A DNA stretch of 64,000 nt from Ascoidea asiatica JCM 7603 (lineage: Eukaryota > Fungi > Ascomycota), in NCBI GenBank assembly GCA_001600695.1, contig BCKQ01000001.1, positions 526,577 through 590,576 on the forward strand. Direction: 5' to 3'. A program made the position numbers and the translations under genes. The notes under the pieces were generated by a model. It was not told the DNA's origin, did no database searches, and was given only the letters and a program-made list of their open reading frames with translations. Shown here one piece after another: positions 12,934-24,963 of this stretch; within the stretch, counting starts at the first letter, position 1, and every line of letters begins with the position of its first letter.

Positions 12934-15521
12934 TAATTAATAATGTAAATCCAAATATAAACAATAATCTAGATAATTCAAATGTAACAACTAATCGTTA
13001 TTATAATACAATAACTGATGAAACAACTACATATACTCCAAATTCAACAAATAATAATTTAATAATTAATTCAAATTCTTCAATTAATAATTCTTCAATT
13101 AATAATTCTCCAAATTTTAATCAATTTCAATTACAAATTAATCAAAATAATAATCAAAATAATAATCAAAATAATAATCAATCTAATAGATCTTCTTCAA
13201 GAATTTCTTCAAGAACTTCTGCACAATCTGCAATTTATACTCCAATTAAAAATCAAAATAAAAATAAAAATAAAAATAATAAACCAACAATTGCATCTAT
13301 TGTAAATAATGATAACATCGATAACAATAATAACAATAATAATAATAATAATAATAATAAATCAATTTCAAAAAAAGATTCAAAAACTTCAATTTCTTTT
13401 ATAAATAATCCTGAAATTAATTCAAATCTTGTTCAAAAATATAAAGTTTCTTCAAATAATAACACCATTTCAAATAATTCAATTGATAATATCATTAATC
13501 ATAATACTCCTACTCCTACTTCTCCACCACCACCACCACCACCAAATTCATCCACTGCTACTAATTCTACTACTAATATCTCAACTTCAAAACAAAACTT
13601 ATCAAACTTATCAAACTTATCAAAATCTTCAATAAAAACAAATAAAAATGCTGTAAGAAAACCAAGAAAACCAAGACAAAAAAAATCTGAGATTTCTATT
13701 GAAAATCAATCTTTATCAAAATCTCAATCTCAATCTCAAATTCAAATTCAAACTCAAACTCAAACTCAAACTCAAACTCAAGCTCAAGCTCAAGTTCAAA
13801 TTCAAGCTCCAAGAAAAAGAAAACAACCTGTGAAAAAATCAAAATTTGTAAATTCAACTTCAAATAATTCCATTAATAATTCCACCAATAATACTTTAGA
13901 TAATATTCAAAACAATAATGAAACTAGATTTGTAATTGTCAATGAAACAAATAGTACTATTAAACAAAATCCACTTAATAATAAAAGAAAAAATAACACT
14001 AACACTAACACTAACACTACCACTAACACCAATAATAATAATGATAATTCTATATTAACTTCAACTCCAAATAAAAATCTGCAATCTGCTAAAAATTATA
14101 GTCCTTTAAATAATATCCCATCAATAACTTCATTTCAATTACAAAAACCTTCTCTGATTCCATCAAGAACTATAAAATCAATGAGTAATGAAAATGAAAT
14201 TTCAATTAAACAAACTAAAAAAAAACAAAGAGTAAATACTAAAAATAATTCATCTAATAATGATATAAAATCAAATAATAAAAAATCAAAACAAAATAAT
14301 TCTTCAATTTCTACAAAAAATTTATTAATGAAATTAGAAAAAACTATAAATTCTGATAATAATAATAATAACAATAATAATAATAATATTTATATACAAC
14401 CAAAACCAATAGAAAATATTCCAAAATTAACTCCTGAACAAATTGAATTTAATCAAGTTATGGCAATGAATAAACCTATGAAAGATAATCCAAAAGATTC
14501 AATCAGTGTTCCACCTCCAAGAATGATTGATATAACACCAATGAATTTTAAAAAAGATATAAATAAATCTTCATCTAAAGAAAATTCTATTTATAATGGT
14601 GAAGGTCAAGATACTGATTTAGCCATTGATGAAAAAGAAAACAAAGATAACGATAACGATAATGATAATGATAATGATAATGATGATGATGATGATAAAG
14701 AACCACCTATAATTATGCTTGATATTCCTTTAAATGCTCCTGGACAGCCGCCAGGTTCTGCAGAAGTTGTAATTAATGTAATGAAAATGGCTGAAGATAA
14801 ATATGGTTTTAAAAGAATTCATCCAACTGCAAAATTTGCTATGGATTTTTTAAATGATTTAGATGATGATTCTGAAAATGATCCTAATGAATCTAATGAT
14901 AAAGATAAACCTTTAAATGATTCTGAATTTGATGATGCTGAAATGAATAATAAACTTCAAAAAGCAATTGCAAAAAAAAAAGCAAATATTAATAGAAAAA
15001 TTGGTAAATATGATATGAATGATCCATTTATTGATGATACTGAATTATTTTATGAAGAACAAAGAGCATCAACTGTTGATGGTTTTTTTGTTTTTTGGGG
15101 TCCATTAAATGATGAAAGTAAATCAGCTGATAAAACTCCAACTCCAAATAAAAATGAAACTCCAGTGAATAAAAAAACTAAAGTTACAAAAAAAGCCAAT
15201 AAAGTTACTAAAAAAACTGGAGCAAAGAATTCTAAATCATCATCTAAAACATCAAGACAATCAACTACTGGAAAACAGACAAATAACAAACAATCCTCTA
15301 ATAAGCAGTCCACTAGTAAACAACCTGGTTCCAAACAATCCACTTCTAAAACAACAAAACAACCTTCGGCCAAACCTTCTTCATCGAAACAATCATCAGT
15401 TAAACCTTCTTTGTCTAAACAACCATCAGTTAAACCTTCTACTGCAAAGCAATCTTCAATTACCAAACAACCTTTTGTTTCTTCAAATTTAGCAATAGTC
15501 TCTACTATAAAACCTGCATAA
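12739..15521 (+). CDS. HPC2: HIR histone chaperone complex subunit Hpc2; exons 12739-12754 and 12841-15521 (about 898 aa)
   Basis: HRD/HUN motif NRKIGKYDMNDPFIDDTELFYEEQRASTVDGFFVFWGPL and upstream IMLDIPL...VINVMKMAEDKYGF. The frame of the 13830 ORF reads open upstream to 12843, and splicing to exon ATGAGCGCATCAAAAA gives MSASKKGFSISYILSP. Confidence 0.9.
12755..12840 (+). other. Spliceosomal intron of HPC2 (86 nt)
   Basis: GTATGT donor at 12755, TACTAAC branchpoint at 12819-12825, AAG acceptor at 12838-12840. This acceptor restores the frame. Confidence 0.88.
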
Positions 15522-15963
15522 ACTTCTGTTAGTGTTCTTTCATTTCTGTTTTCTTATTTAAGTTTTTATTATCTCCATTTTATAGTTTTGTATTTTGTTC
15601 AGTCATTGATTTTTGGATATGATTTCAATCTTATTCAAACATTGTATTATATAGTTCTAATTTAACATTTTTTTTTACATTTTGTACATTAAGAAATTCG
15701 TTTTGTAAAATTTTGTAAATTGACCGAAAATAAATTATATTATCCTCTTGAAAATTGTTTATTTATATAACAGAAAGTCTTGAAAAAAAACACAAAACAA
15801 AAAAAAAAGATAAAATAATCTAAAATATAATTAAGAGAAGTAAATAAAAAATGCAGAAATGAAATCTATAAAACTAATAATACCAGGTAAAAACATTAAT
15901 ATAAGTGCACAATAGTGTCTAAAAGCAAAAAAAAAAAAAAACTAGGATAAGGCAAAAAAAAAA

Positions 15964-18174
15964 TTAACTACATGTCTGTCTTCTTAAAATTTCTTTATCT
16001 TTAATGTCAATAGCTTCTTTAAGTGTTAAAACATAATCTTTGAATTGATTATGCTCATTAATTAAATAACTGTACTTATTATTCCAGTTAGTCATTATTT
16101 GTTTGTAAAGTTTTGAAGTTTGAACAGTATGATTTGTTGTTGATACTGATCTACTGGTGGTTGTATAAATAGAACTTGATGATACCGTCAGATCAACTCT
16201 ACTTGAATGAGAATTTAACCTTGGTTGAGGTGTTGAGAAGTTTTGTTTGAAAAACCGTTCAATATCTGCTTTGATTTTGATATGACCACTAATTAAATCT
16301 TCTAAAATTTGAACATATTTATATAATTCGACCAATTGTTTTTTCAAAGTATTTGTTGATTGTGTTACACTTTGTAACATTGGCTCCCATTTATGAATTT
16401 TTGTATTTAAAATTTTTCCTAAATCACTTTCTTTCAAAATTCCTCCCCAACCAAATTCTTTATTTGAAATTGATTCAGATTCTATTGGAATAACAGTTAA
16501 TCTTGCAGCCCAAAAATTACAACAAAATACATATTCTTCTGCAATCTCTTTAGTTCCTGCACAAAATATAAGAATATTTTCATTATATGAAGTTAAAAGA
16601 TTTTGAGATGCAATTATTGGATCTTTGGAACCTTCAATAATTGAATTTGTTAAATTGAAAGTTGTATTTGTAAGATTATTTGAACTTGGCAATTTCAAAG
16701 CCCAAAAAGTTTCTAAATCATTCGTTCTTAATTTTGCATCTTGAATATTACCATCTGGTATAATTTTTGCATAAGTTGAATATAAATTATGTGAACCAGC
16801 TTCAGAAGCATTTTTCATCCAATTTCCATCTCCGATTTCACCATCATCATTATTATTATTATATCTATTAATTCTTTTATCATCACCTAATCTTAATCTT
16901 GATAATTTTTTCTTTAATTTACCACTATTATTATTATTACTATGAAAACCATTACTAATATCAAAAGTGAATAATTTAATTTCACCTTTTGAAACAATAA
17001 CAAAATTTGATTTCCATTTAATATTTTGAATATTTGCAGAATGAGATAATTTATGTGGATTTGACATTTTATTTGTTCTCCAAGTTGAATACATTGAAGA
17101 ATTTGTTGTTGGAGATGATAGATTATTTGATTCTGTATAAAAATTTGAAGATTTATTTGATTTATGCAGTGAGAAAAACTTTGGTTTTTCAAATCTTTTA
17201 ACTTTTAATAAACCTTCTTTTGTCCAAGGAGGCCCAAATAATTCTAATTCTAAATTATTTTCTTCTTCTTCTTCAATTAAAATATCTGGATTAATTGAAG
17301 GATCATTAAGATAAAAAGATTGGAATGAAGAAGGAGGTATTGAACTATTTAAACTATTACCAAGACTATTACCAAGACTATTTAAACTATTTTTTTTAGA
17401 AATTAAAAATGAAGATTGATTTGAATTTGAAGAAATTGTAGTTAAAGTATTTGAAGTATCCATAGTTGCAACTGTGTTTGTTGTATTAAAAGAATTTATA
17501 CTTGTTGCAGATTTTTTACGATCTAAAGTTGAATTTGAACTATTCAAATAAGAATTTGAATATAAAGAGTTTGCAGAAGATAATAAATAATTATTATTAT
17601 TATTATTATTGTTATTATTTTCATAATTATATTTTTCTTTTTGTTGTAATAAACCTGCAAAACCAAAAATTTTAGTTGAATGAGATTCATTAATTGTTGA
17701 AGCATAAATACTATTATTACTACTTTGAATATTATTATTATTAATATGATTATTATGATTTGGACTATAATTGTTATTATTTTTTGAAGAATTTGAAGTT
17801 GAAGGATTTAAATCATATAAACTTGAAGATTTTGATTTATTATAATTTGGAGAAAGTAAAGCTTGATTATAAGATTTTGTTTTTGATAAAGGAGAACCAT
17901 TATTATAATTAAAAGACATACTTCTTCTTATACTTAAAGTTGAAACTCTTTTATTTGAATTACAATTTGAGTTTGATATTGAATTTGACATGGAATTTGA
18001 CATGGAATTTGACATGGAATTTAAATTTGAATTTAATTCAAAAGAATTTAAAGTTTCAATTTCTTTTGGATATTTACTAAATCTTCTTTTTGATTTAATA
18101 TTTGAAGAAGATTGAGATCTTAATTGTATTGGAATTTTTGATAAAATTGGAGAGGATAAAAAATTTTCATGATG

Positions 18175-18213
<39 letters not shown>

Positions 18214-18832
18214 ATTAAAATTATTATTTTGAGTTAATAATTTTAATTCATTAACTTCAATATTTTCATAAAAAGATTTTAATTGATTTGATAATTTTAA
18301 TTCATTTTTATAATTAAATTTATAAATTTTATCAGATTTTAAAACATCAATTGTATTTTTTATAAAAATATCTTTTGAAATATGTTTTTTAATAATTGAA
18401 TTATTTAAATCTGAATTTAATAAAATTAAAGAATATGAAATTAAATAAACACCTAAATTATTTATAAATAAATTTTTTGGAAATGAATTATTCCAATTTA
18501 TACTAAAACTTTCAATAATTCTTTCAATATGTTGAGATTCACCTTTAAAATATAATTTATTACATAATAATCTTAAAGAAGTTAATAAATTATTTGACCA
18601 ATTAAAATTAGACATATAAAAATTTCTTAAAATTTTTGAATTTTCACAAGTACATAAATAAATTATATAATCTTGAATTGGAATATTATTATAAGTTAAA
18701 TTAAAGAATTGAATTGAAAGATTTTTTAAATTTAATAATTCAGTTTCTGATAAATTATTTTCATCATCAATATTCTTATTATTTTCTTTTGTAGTTGAAG
18801 TTAAAGATTTAGTATCTTTTATAATTGGAGAT

Positions 18833-18863
<31 letters not shown>

Positions 18864-19141
18864 TAGTGATAGTTGTATTTGATGTATCAGTTATTATATT
18901 ATTTTTTGTAAGAGTAGTATTACTTGAATTTATTGAAGGTTTTAAAATTGTTTTTGGAGAAATTAAAGAATTTTGAGAAAAAGATGAAATTGGAGACATT
19001 GGAGATATTGGAATAATTTTAGGTAAATGATTTAAATTATTTTTTAAATCAATTTTTGGATTAATTTTTGAATTAATTGTTAAATTTTTAGGTAAATTTT
19101 TATTTAATTTTTTAATTTTATTTGGATCTAAAATGTTATTG

Positions 19142-19197
<56 letters not shown>

Positions 19198-20412
19198 TTC
19201 TTTAATTTCTTTATTAAATGAATTTGAATTTGAATTTGAATTTGAATTTGTATTTGTACTACTATTATTATTGTTATTAATAATATTATTTGAATAGGGT
19301 AATTTTGGAGTTAAATTTAAATTTTGAGAAATTGTTGAATTTGAAGAATGTATTGAATTTAAAGAGTTTATTGAATTTATTGAATTTAATGAATCATTTG
19401 AATTAATTAAAGAATCTGAATTTAAAAATTTTCTAATAATATCTAAATCTTGATCTATATTTGATTTTGATTTTGATTTTGATTTTGATTTTGATTTAAT
19501 TTTATTATTTGAAATTGATTTTGAAATGGAATTTGAATTTATATGTTTAATATTTGAATTGAAATTTGAATTTGATAAAGTTAATGAAGAAGAATTATTT
19601 AAAGAATTTAAATCTGAATTTATATCTAAATTTAAATCAGATTGTAATTCATGAATTGAAGAATTTGGAGTTCTTGATAATGGAGAATAAAATTTATCTT
19701 CAATTTCTAAATCTAGATCTAGATCTAAATCTAAATCTAAATCCAATTCAATATCTATATCATCTTTATTATCATTGTTATTAGATATATTAGATATATT
19801 AGATCTATTGGATATATTAGATTTATTATCTTTAATGTCTTTAATGTCTTTAATGTCTTTAATATCTTTAGAATTTGAACTTATTATTGTTGATAATCTT
19901 GAATGATGTATGATTGAATTTGACATTTTTGAAAAAGATAAAGAATTTGAATTTGATATTGAATTTGAGATTGAATTTGAAATTGAAATTGATTTTCTAT
20001 GAGTATTTTTATTTTTAATTTTATTTCTTACTTTATTTTTACTTCTTTCTTTTTCTTTTTCTCTTTCTTTTTCTTTGTCTTTAATAATGTTATTATCTTT
20101 GATATCTTTATTATTATGTTTATTAATAGTATCTTTAATAATAATATTATTAATTTCTTTTGTTTTATTATCTTTATTATCTTTTAAAGTATCGGCGCTT
20201 AAATTATTTGGTATATTATTATAACTATTGTATATGGAAGAATAATTATTATAATTATTATAATTATTATAATTATTATAATTGATTAAATTATTTTTAG
20301 AGATACCTATTTTATTAATTGAATTTAATTGTTTTAATGGATCTAAAGTAGTTGGTATATAATCATAATTTGAATCATTATTTTTATTATTTTCATCATT
20401 TGAAGTTGTCAT
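15964..20412 (-). CDS. YEL1: Sec7-domain Arf guanine nucleotide exchange factor (Yel1-like) with PH-like C-terminal region
   Basis: Sec7 motifs LRLLCNKLYFKGESQHIERIIESFS (Glu finger) and YLISYSLILLNSDL; Yel1-type LELFGPPWTKEGLLKV, IGDGNWMKNA and CNFWAARL. Long low-complexity N-terminus. Confidence 0.85.
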
Positions 20413-21221
20413 TATTTAATGAATGAATGAATGAATGAATGAGTGAATGAATGAATAAACAAGATTCGATGAAATGAATGAATTGAACAATGATTGAACA
20501 ATGGTTGAATTGAGATTGAGATTGAATATATTGAATATATTGAATGAGATGATTGAATTGAATGAATATGATTGAATATGATTGAATTAAAGATGGAATT
20601 GAAATTAAGGATTGAATTAATAAAAATATGTGAAATTAAATGGTTTCAGATTTGTGTTTTGTTGCATCTGCTGCGAGGAGGCCACCGTTCAGGCTCGCGT
20701 CTCCACCGCGTCTCCACCGCGTCAACCGCGGATCTACAAAACACGTGTGGCTACGAGACCACTATCAAGGTAGTTATTGTCACATGACATACAGTCAGCT
20801 GACGTGTCTGAGACCTGTTTCCCGGGTCTTTCCTGCTCTGAGACTGTGTTACGTAATGCTGAGCTCGAACGCTGTAAAAGTGATTGACTGCCTGAAGCTT
20901 CATCTGGAGTAGTAATAAAGTAATAAAGTTGGCTGATAGCCTATCTGTTTATTATCTGTTTATTATCTGTTTAATATCTTCTTTTAACTCTGTTTTAACT
21001 CTGTTTTAACCTTATTTATTTTTCACAACTTAATCATTTATCAATTAAATACTAATAATAATCTAATCAGAATGCAATTAAATAATAATAACATAATCAA
21101 AAGACAATAATCTAATTTGATTTCATATAAATACCTTTATATCTCTTATTCATATTCATATTCTTATTCATATTCATATCTATACATATCTATATCCAAA
21201 TACATTCATATCTTTAAAAAA

Positions 21222-22547
21222 ATGTCAAATAATATCAATTCAAAAACTCCATTAATTAATTTAAAAAAAAATTCAATATCTTCAATAATTGAAAATGAAT
21301 ATGAATTAAATTTAAATAATGATAATAATAATGAAGAAGAAGAACAAGAAGAAAAAAAATCAAATAAGAAATTAATTTTTATTATTATTCTATTCACATT
21401 ATCTGTAATTTCTTTTGTCACTCAAACTGAATTAACTTCATATTTATATAAAATTCCATATGATATAAATAATAATAATAATAATAATAATAATATTATC
21501 TATTTCAATCAACCAATTTTATTATTATATTTAACTCATTCTTCTTGGTTAATATTTTGGTTTATACAATTAATAATTTTAAAATTATATAATAAAAAAA
21601 AATATTCTTTTAAAAATCAATATAATTTAATTATTAATCTTTCAAATTCTGTTAATAATTTAAATATCTTCTCAATCTCAAATAACAATAGTAATAGTAA
21701 TACAATTATAAATTATGAAAATTATGAAAATTTTAAAAATTTTTTAAATTCTTTTCAATTTAAAAAATTATTTAAAAATTCTTTAATTTTATCTTTTTTA
21801 TTAAATTTAGCTGCTTCAACTTGGTATATTTCTTTAAATTTATCAAATTCAAATAATGTTACTGCAATTTATAATTCTTCTCCATTTTTTGCTTATTTAT
21901 TTGCAATTTTTTTATTAAATAATGAATCTTTTAATATTTTTAAATTTATCTCAGTTATAACTTCAATTTTTGGTATTTCTTTAGTTATATTTAATTCAAA
22001 TAATAATAATAATAACATCATTATTAATGATAATAATAAATCTTTAAATTCAGAATTTATTGGAAATTTATTAATAAGTTTTGGAGCTATAATTTATGGA
22101 TTTTATGATATTTTTTATAAAAAATATTTATGTCCATTAAGAAGTCCCAATTCAAATTCAAATTCAATAGATGATTCAATATTTGCAAATTTTATATTAT
22201 CATTAATTGGTTTATCATCATTAATTTTATTAACTTTATTAATTATAATTTTATATTTTTTTAAATTAATAAATTTTAATTTATTTATTATTAATAAATT
22301 TCAATGGTATTTAATTTTTTTATCAATTTTTTCAAATTTAATATTTTGTTCATCAAATTTAATTTTAATCTCAATTACATCACCAATTTTAACATCAGTT
22401 TCTTCAATTTTAACAATAATTTTCATAGCTTTAATTGAATCAATTTATTTTAATATAAATTTAAATTTTATTCAATTATTTGGAATTATTCTAGTTTTTA
22501 TCTCATTTATTATTTTAATTATATCTTATAATAAAGTTTTTTATTAA
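21222..22547 (+). CDS. EamA/DMT-superfamily multi-pass membrane transporter (about 441 aa)
   Basis: First ATG at 21222 (the track's TTG start is unlikely in a eukaryote). About 10 hydrophobic segments; motifs FVTQTELTSYL, PILLLYLTHSSW, AIYNSSPFFAYLF and IYGFYDIFYKKY. Confidence 0.8.
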   Translation: MSNNINSKTPLINLKKNSISSIIENEYELNLNNDNNNEEEEQEEKKSNKKLIFIIILFTLSVISFVTQTELTSYLYKIPYDINNNNNNNNNIIYFNQPILLLYLTHSSWLIFWFIQLIILKLYNKKKYSFKNQYNLIINLSNSVNNLNIFSISNNNSNSNTIINYENYENFKNFLNSFQFKKLFKNSLILSFLLNLAASTWYISLNLSNSNNVTAIYNSSPFFAYLFAIFLLNNESFNIFKFISVITSIFGISLVIFNSNNNNNNIIINDNNKSLNSEFIGNLLISFGAIIYGFYDIFYKKYLCPLRSPNSNSNSIDDSIFANFILSLIGLSSLILLTLLIIILYFFKLINFNLFIINKFQWYLIFLSIFSNLIFCSSNLILISITSPILTSVSSILTIIFIALIESIYFNINLNFIQLFGIILVFISFIILIISYNKVFY

Positions 22548-22552
22548 TTAAC

Positions 22553-24070
22553 TTAACTTTTAAAAATATATAAAGAAATAAATAAAATCCATGAAATTAT
22601 TAATATAAATATTGTTGATAAATAAACATAATTATTTGTAATTTGATAACTTTTTAAAAATTCATCATTTGCTAAATTTCTAATTTTTATATTAAATTCA
22701 TTATGTAAAAATGAATAATTTTTTTTAAAATATTTAAATTTAATTTTAAATATACCATGTTTATCAGGTAAATTAATAATTCCACTACTAAATATTGAAT
22801 AATTTTCATCATTATAACTTATTGATTGATTATTATTATTATTATTATTAAAATTAAATTTAAAAATTGTTGAATTTAATGGAGTTTTAATTTGATTTAA
22901 TAATAAATTTTTAGAATTTTTTGAAATTGAATTTAAATTAATTTTATAATATGGATCTAACATAATAATTTCTAATTGAGGTAAAGATAATAAATTTTTA
23001 TTAAATTTACTCCATTTATTTAAAGTATTATTAAAATAACTTAAACCAATATTATAAATAATTTGATCATTAATTTTAAAAGAATCATTATTAATTCTTT
23101 TATTAAAAGTATTTATAGAATTTATTGGTTTAAAAAATTCAATAAATTCAATTCTTAATAAATTTTTAATATTTAATGACCAATTAAGTAAATCTTTAAT
23201 TAATTTTTCATTATCATTATCATTATCATTATCATCATTGGAAAATGAATTTGATAAGAATTTATTTGAAATAAAATCATTTGAACCTAACCAAGTGATT
23301 CTTGAATTTAAATTTGATTGAAAACCAAGAATTAAATAATTTTGATTACCTAAATTCCAAGATAAATCATTAGTAATGAAATTATTAATTAAATTTTCAT
23401 TTGATTTTTTAAAATTATAATTAAAAGTTGTATTTAAAGTTGATAAAATTGGTATAATTAAATTATTATTTGAAATTGTAGCAGAAGAACCTTTATAAAT
23501 AATATTTTTAATATTATTTGAAAATTTATCAATAATTTTTGAATTTAAATTTAAATTATTATCAGAATATTTAATAATATCATGATTATTATTAATTGAA
23601 TTAAAATGATCAAAAATTTTATAATTTTTTGGAGATGGATAAATACCTAATTGATTTAAGAATTTTTTAAAAATTTCATTTAAATTAAAATTTTCATTAG
23701 AAAAAATAATTATATTATTATTTGAAATTTTTGAAAATTCAATTAAATCAAAAGTATTAAATTTTTTAATTAAATTTCTTGAATTTATTGGTAAAAAAAT
23801 TAAATTTTTAAAATTTTTTAAATTAAATTTCTTAAATTCAATTTCATTATTTATATTAATTAAATTTAAATTAATTAAATTATTTGAATTTAAAATATTT
23901 AAAAATTTAGAATAATCTAATTTTAAATTTATTGAATTATCATAAATTAAACAAGTTTCTTTAATTTCTATTGGATTATTATTATCTATATTTAATTCAA
24001 TTGAAATTGAGAAATTGAATAAAGTAATAATTGAATAAATTATATATACAATTGAATTTGATAATAACAT
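22553..24070 (-). CDS. WBP1: Oligosaccharyltransferase beta subunit Wbp1/OST48
   Basis: Signal peptide; QLGIYPSP, LGFQSNLNSRITWLGS, QLEIIMLDPYY, LPDKHGIFKI and RNLANDEF..SYQITN motifs; single C-terminal TM helix. Confidence 0.9.
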   Translation of the reverse strand: MLLSNSIVYIIYSIITLFNFSISIELNIDNNNPIEIKETCLIYDNSINLKLDYSKFLNILNSNNLINLNLININNEIEFKKFNLKNFKNLIFLPINSRNLIKKFNTFDLIEFSKISNNNIIIFSNENFNLNEIFKKFLNQLGIYPSPKNYKIFDHFNSINNNHDIIKYSDNNLNLNSKIIDKFSNNIKNIIYKGSSATISNNNLIIPILSTLNTTFNYNFKKSNENLINNFITNDLSWNLGNQNYLILGFQSNLNSRITWLGSNDFISNKFLSNSFSNDDNDNDNDNEKLIKDLLNWSLNIKNLLRIEFIEFFKPINSINTFNKRINNDSFKINDQIIYNIGLSYFNNTLNKWSKFNKNLLSLPQLEIIMLDPYYKINLNSISKNSKNLLLNQIKTPLNSTIFKFNFNNNNNNNQSISYNDENYSIFSSGIINLPDKHGIFKIKFKYFKKNYSFLHNEFNIKIRNLANDEFLKSYQITNNYVYLSTIFILIISWILFISLYIFKS

Positions 24071-24318
24071 TTTGAATATATAATTCTCAGTTCCTTTGTC
24101 AATCCTTACACAACCACCTCAATTGACTACTTAAAGAACTATGAACTATAAAGAATGATTGATGAATTGATATCAATAACTATCTTCTATCATTAAACCT
24201 TTATTTATTCAAGTCACTATTCAATATAATATAATATAATATAATACAATAATAATACACCTTCTTTTTCTTTTGTTGTGTTGTCCTTTGGTGAAAGCCC
24301 TGAAAAAGAAGTGGCGAC

Positions 24319-24334
24319 TTACCCGGCACGTGAC
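24319..24334. promoter_or_regulatory. Adjacent Reb1-like (TTACCCGG) and Cbf1-like (CACGTGAC) sites upstream of WBP1
   Basis: Exact consensus matches at 24319-24326 and 24327-24334 inside a small GC island. Confidence 0.6.
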
Positions 24335-24963
24335 TGGCTTTGAACAAATTTCACTTTTTTTCGTTTTCTCGCAGTGGAATATAAAAGAAACTGAAAAGAA
24401 GGTGTAAAGAGAAGTGTTGTATTGTATTGTATTATATTATATTATATTATATTATATTGTTATGTGTTAGTTATTAGATATGTCAATGGTAGTAGAAGAT
24501 GGTAGTAGATGGTAGTAGAGGTAAGTGAATATAATATATACTAGTGTCAAGGAGTATTCTTGTTTATGATGAATATACAACTCAGCTCAATCAGAGTTTT
24601 AACAATGCTGATATCTGTTCCATATCCAACAAATCATCAAACCTCTGATCAATCAAGAATACAATCTTTTGATACTATAAATATTTAGTTATCTATTCAT
24701 ATAATATAAAATACTAACTTATTTCTTTTATATAGTCTTAATAAATAATATATTTCTTATCTACTTAAATTACTGTAAATAATCTAGGTCTTGAACTATA
24801 CTAATCATTTGACTACAATTTGTAGTGTAATATATTATATTATATTATATTATATTATATACATTTATCTATTAGTTCTATAAGCTATTTATTATCTAAA
24901 GATCTTTTTATGTTTTTATGTATTTCTTTATATATAAGTATATGTATTTGTATATGTATAATT

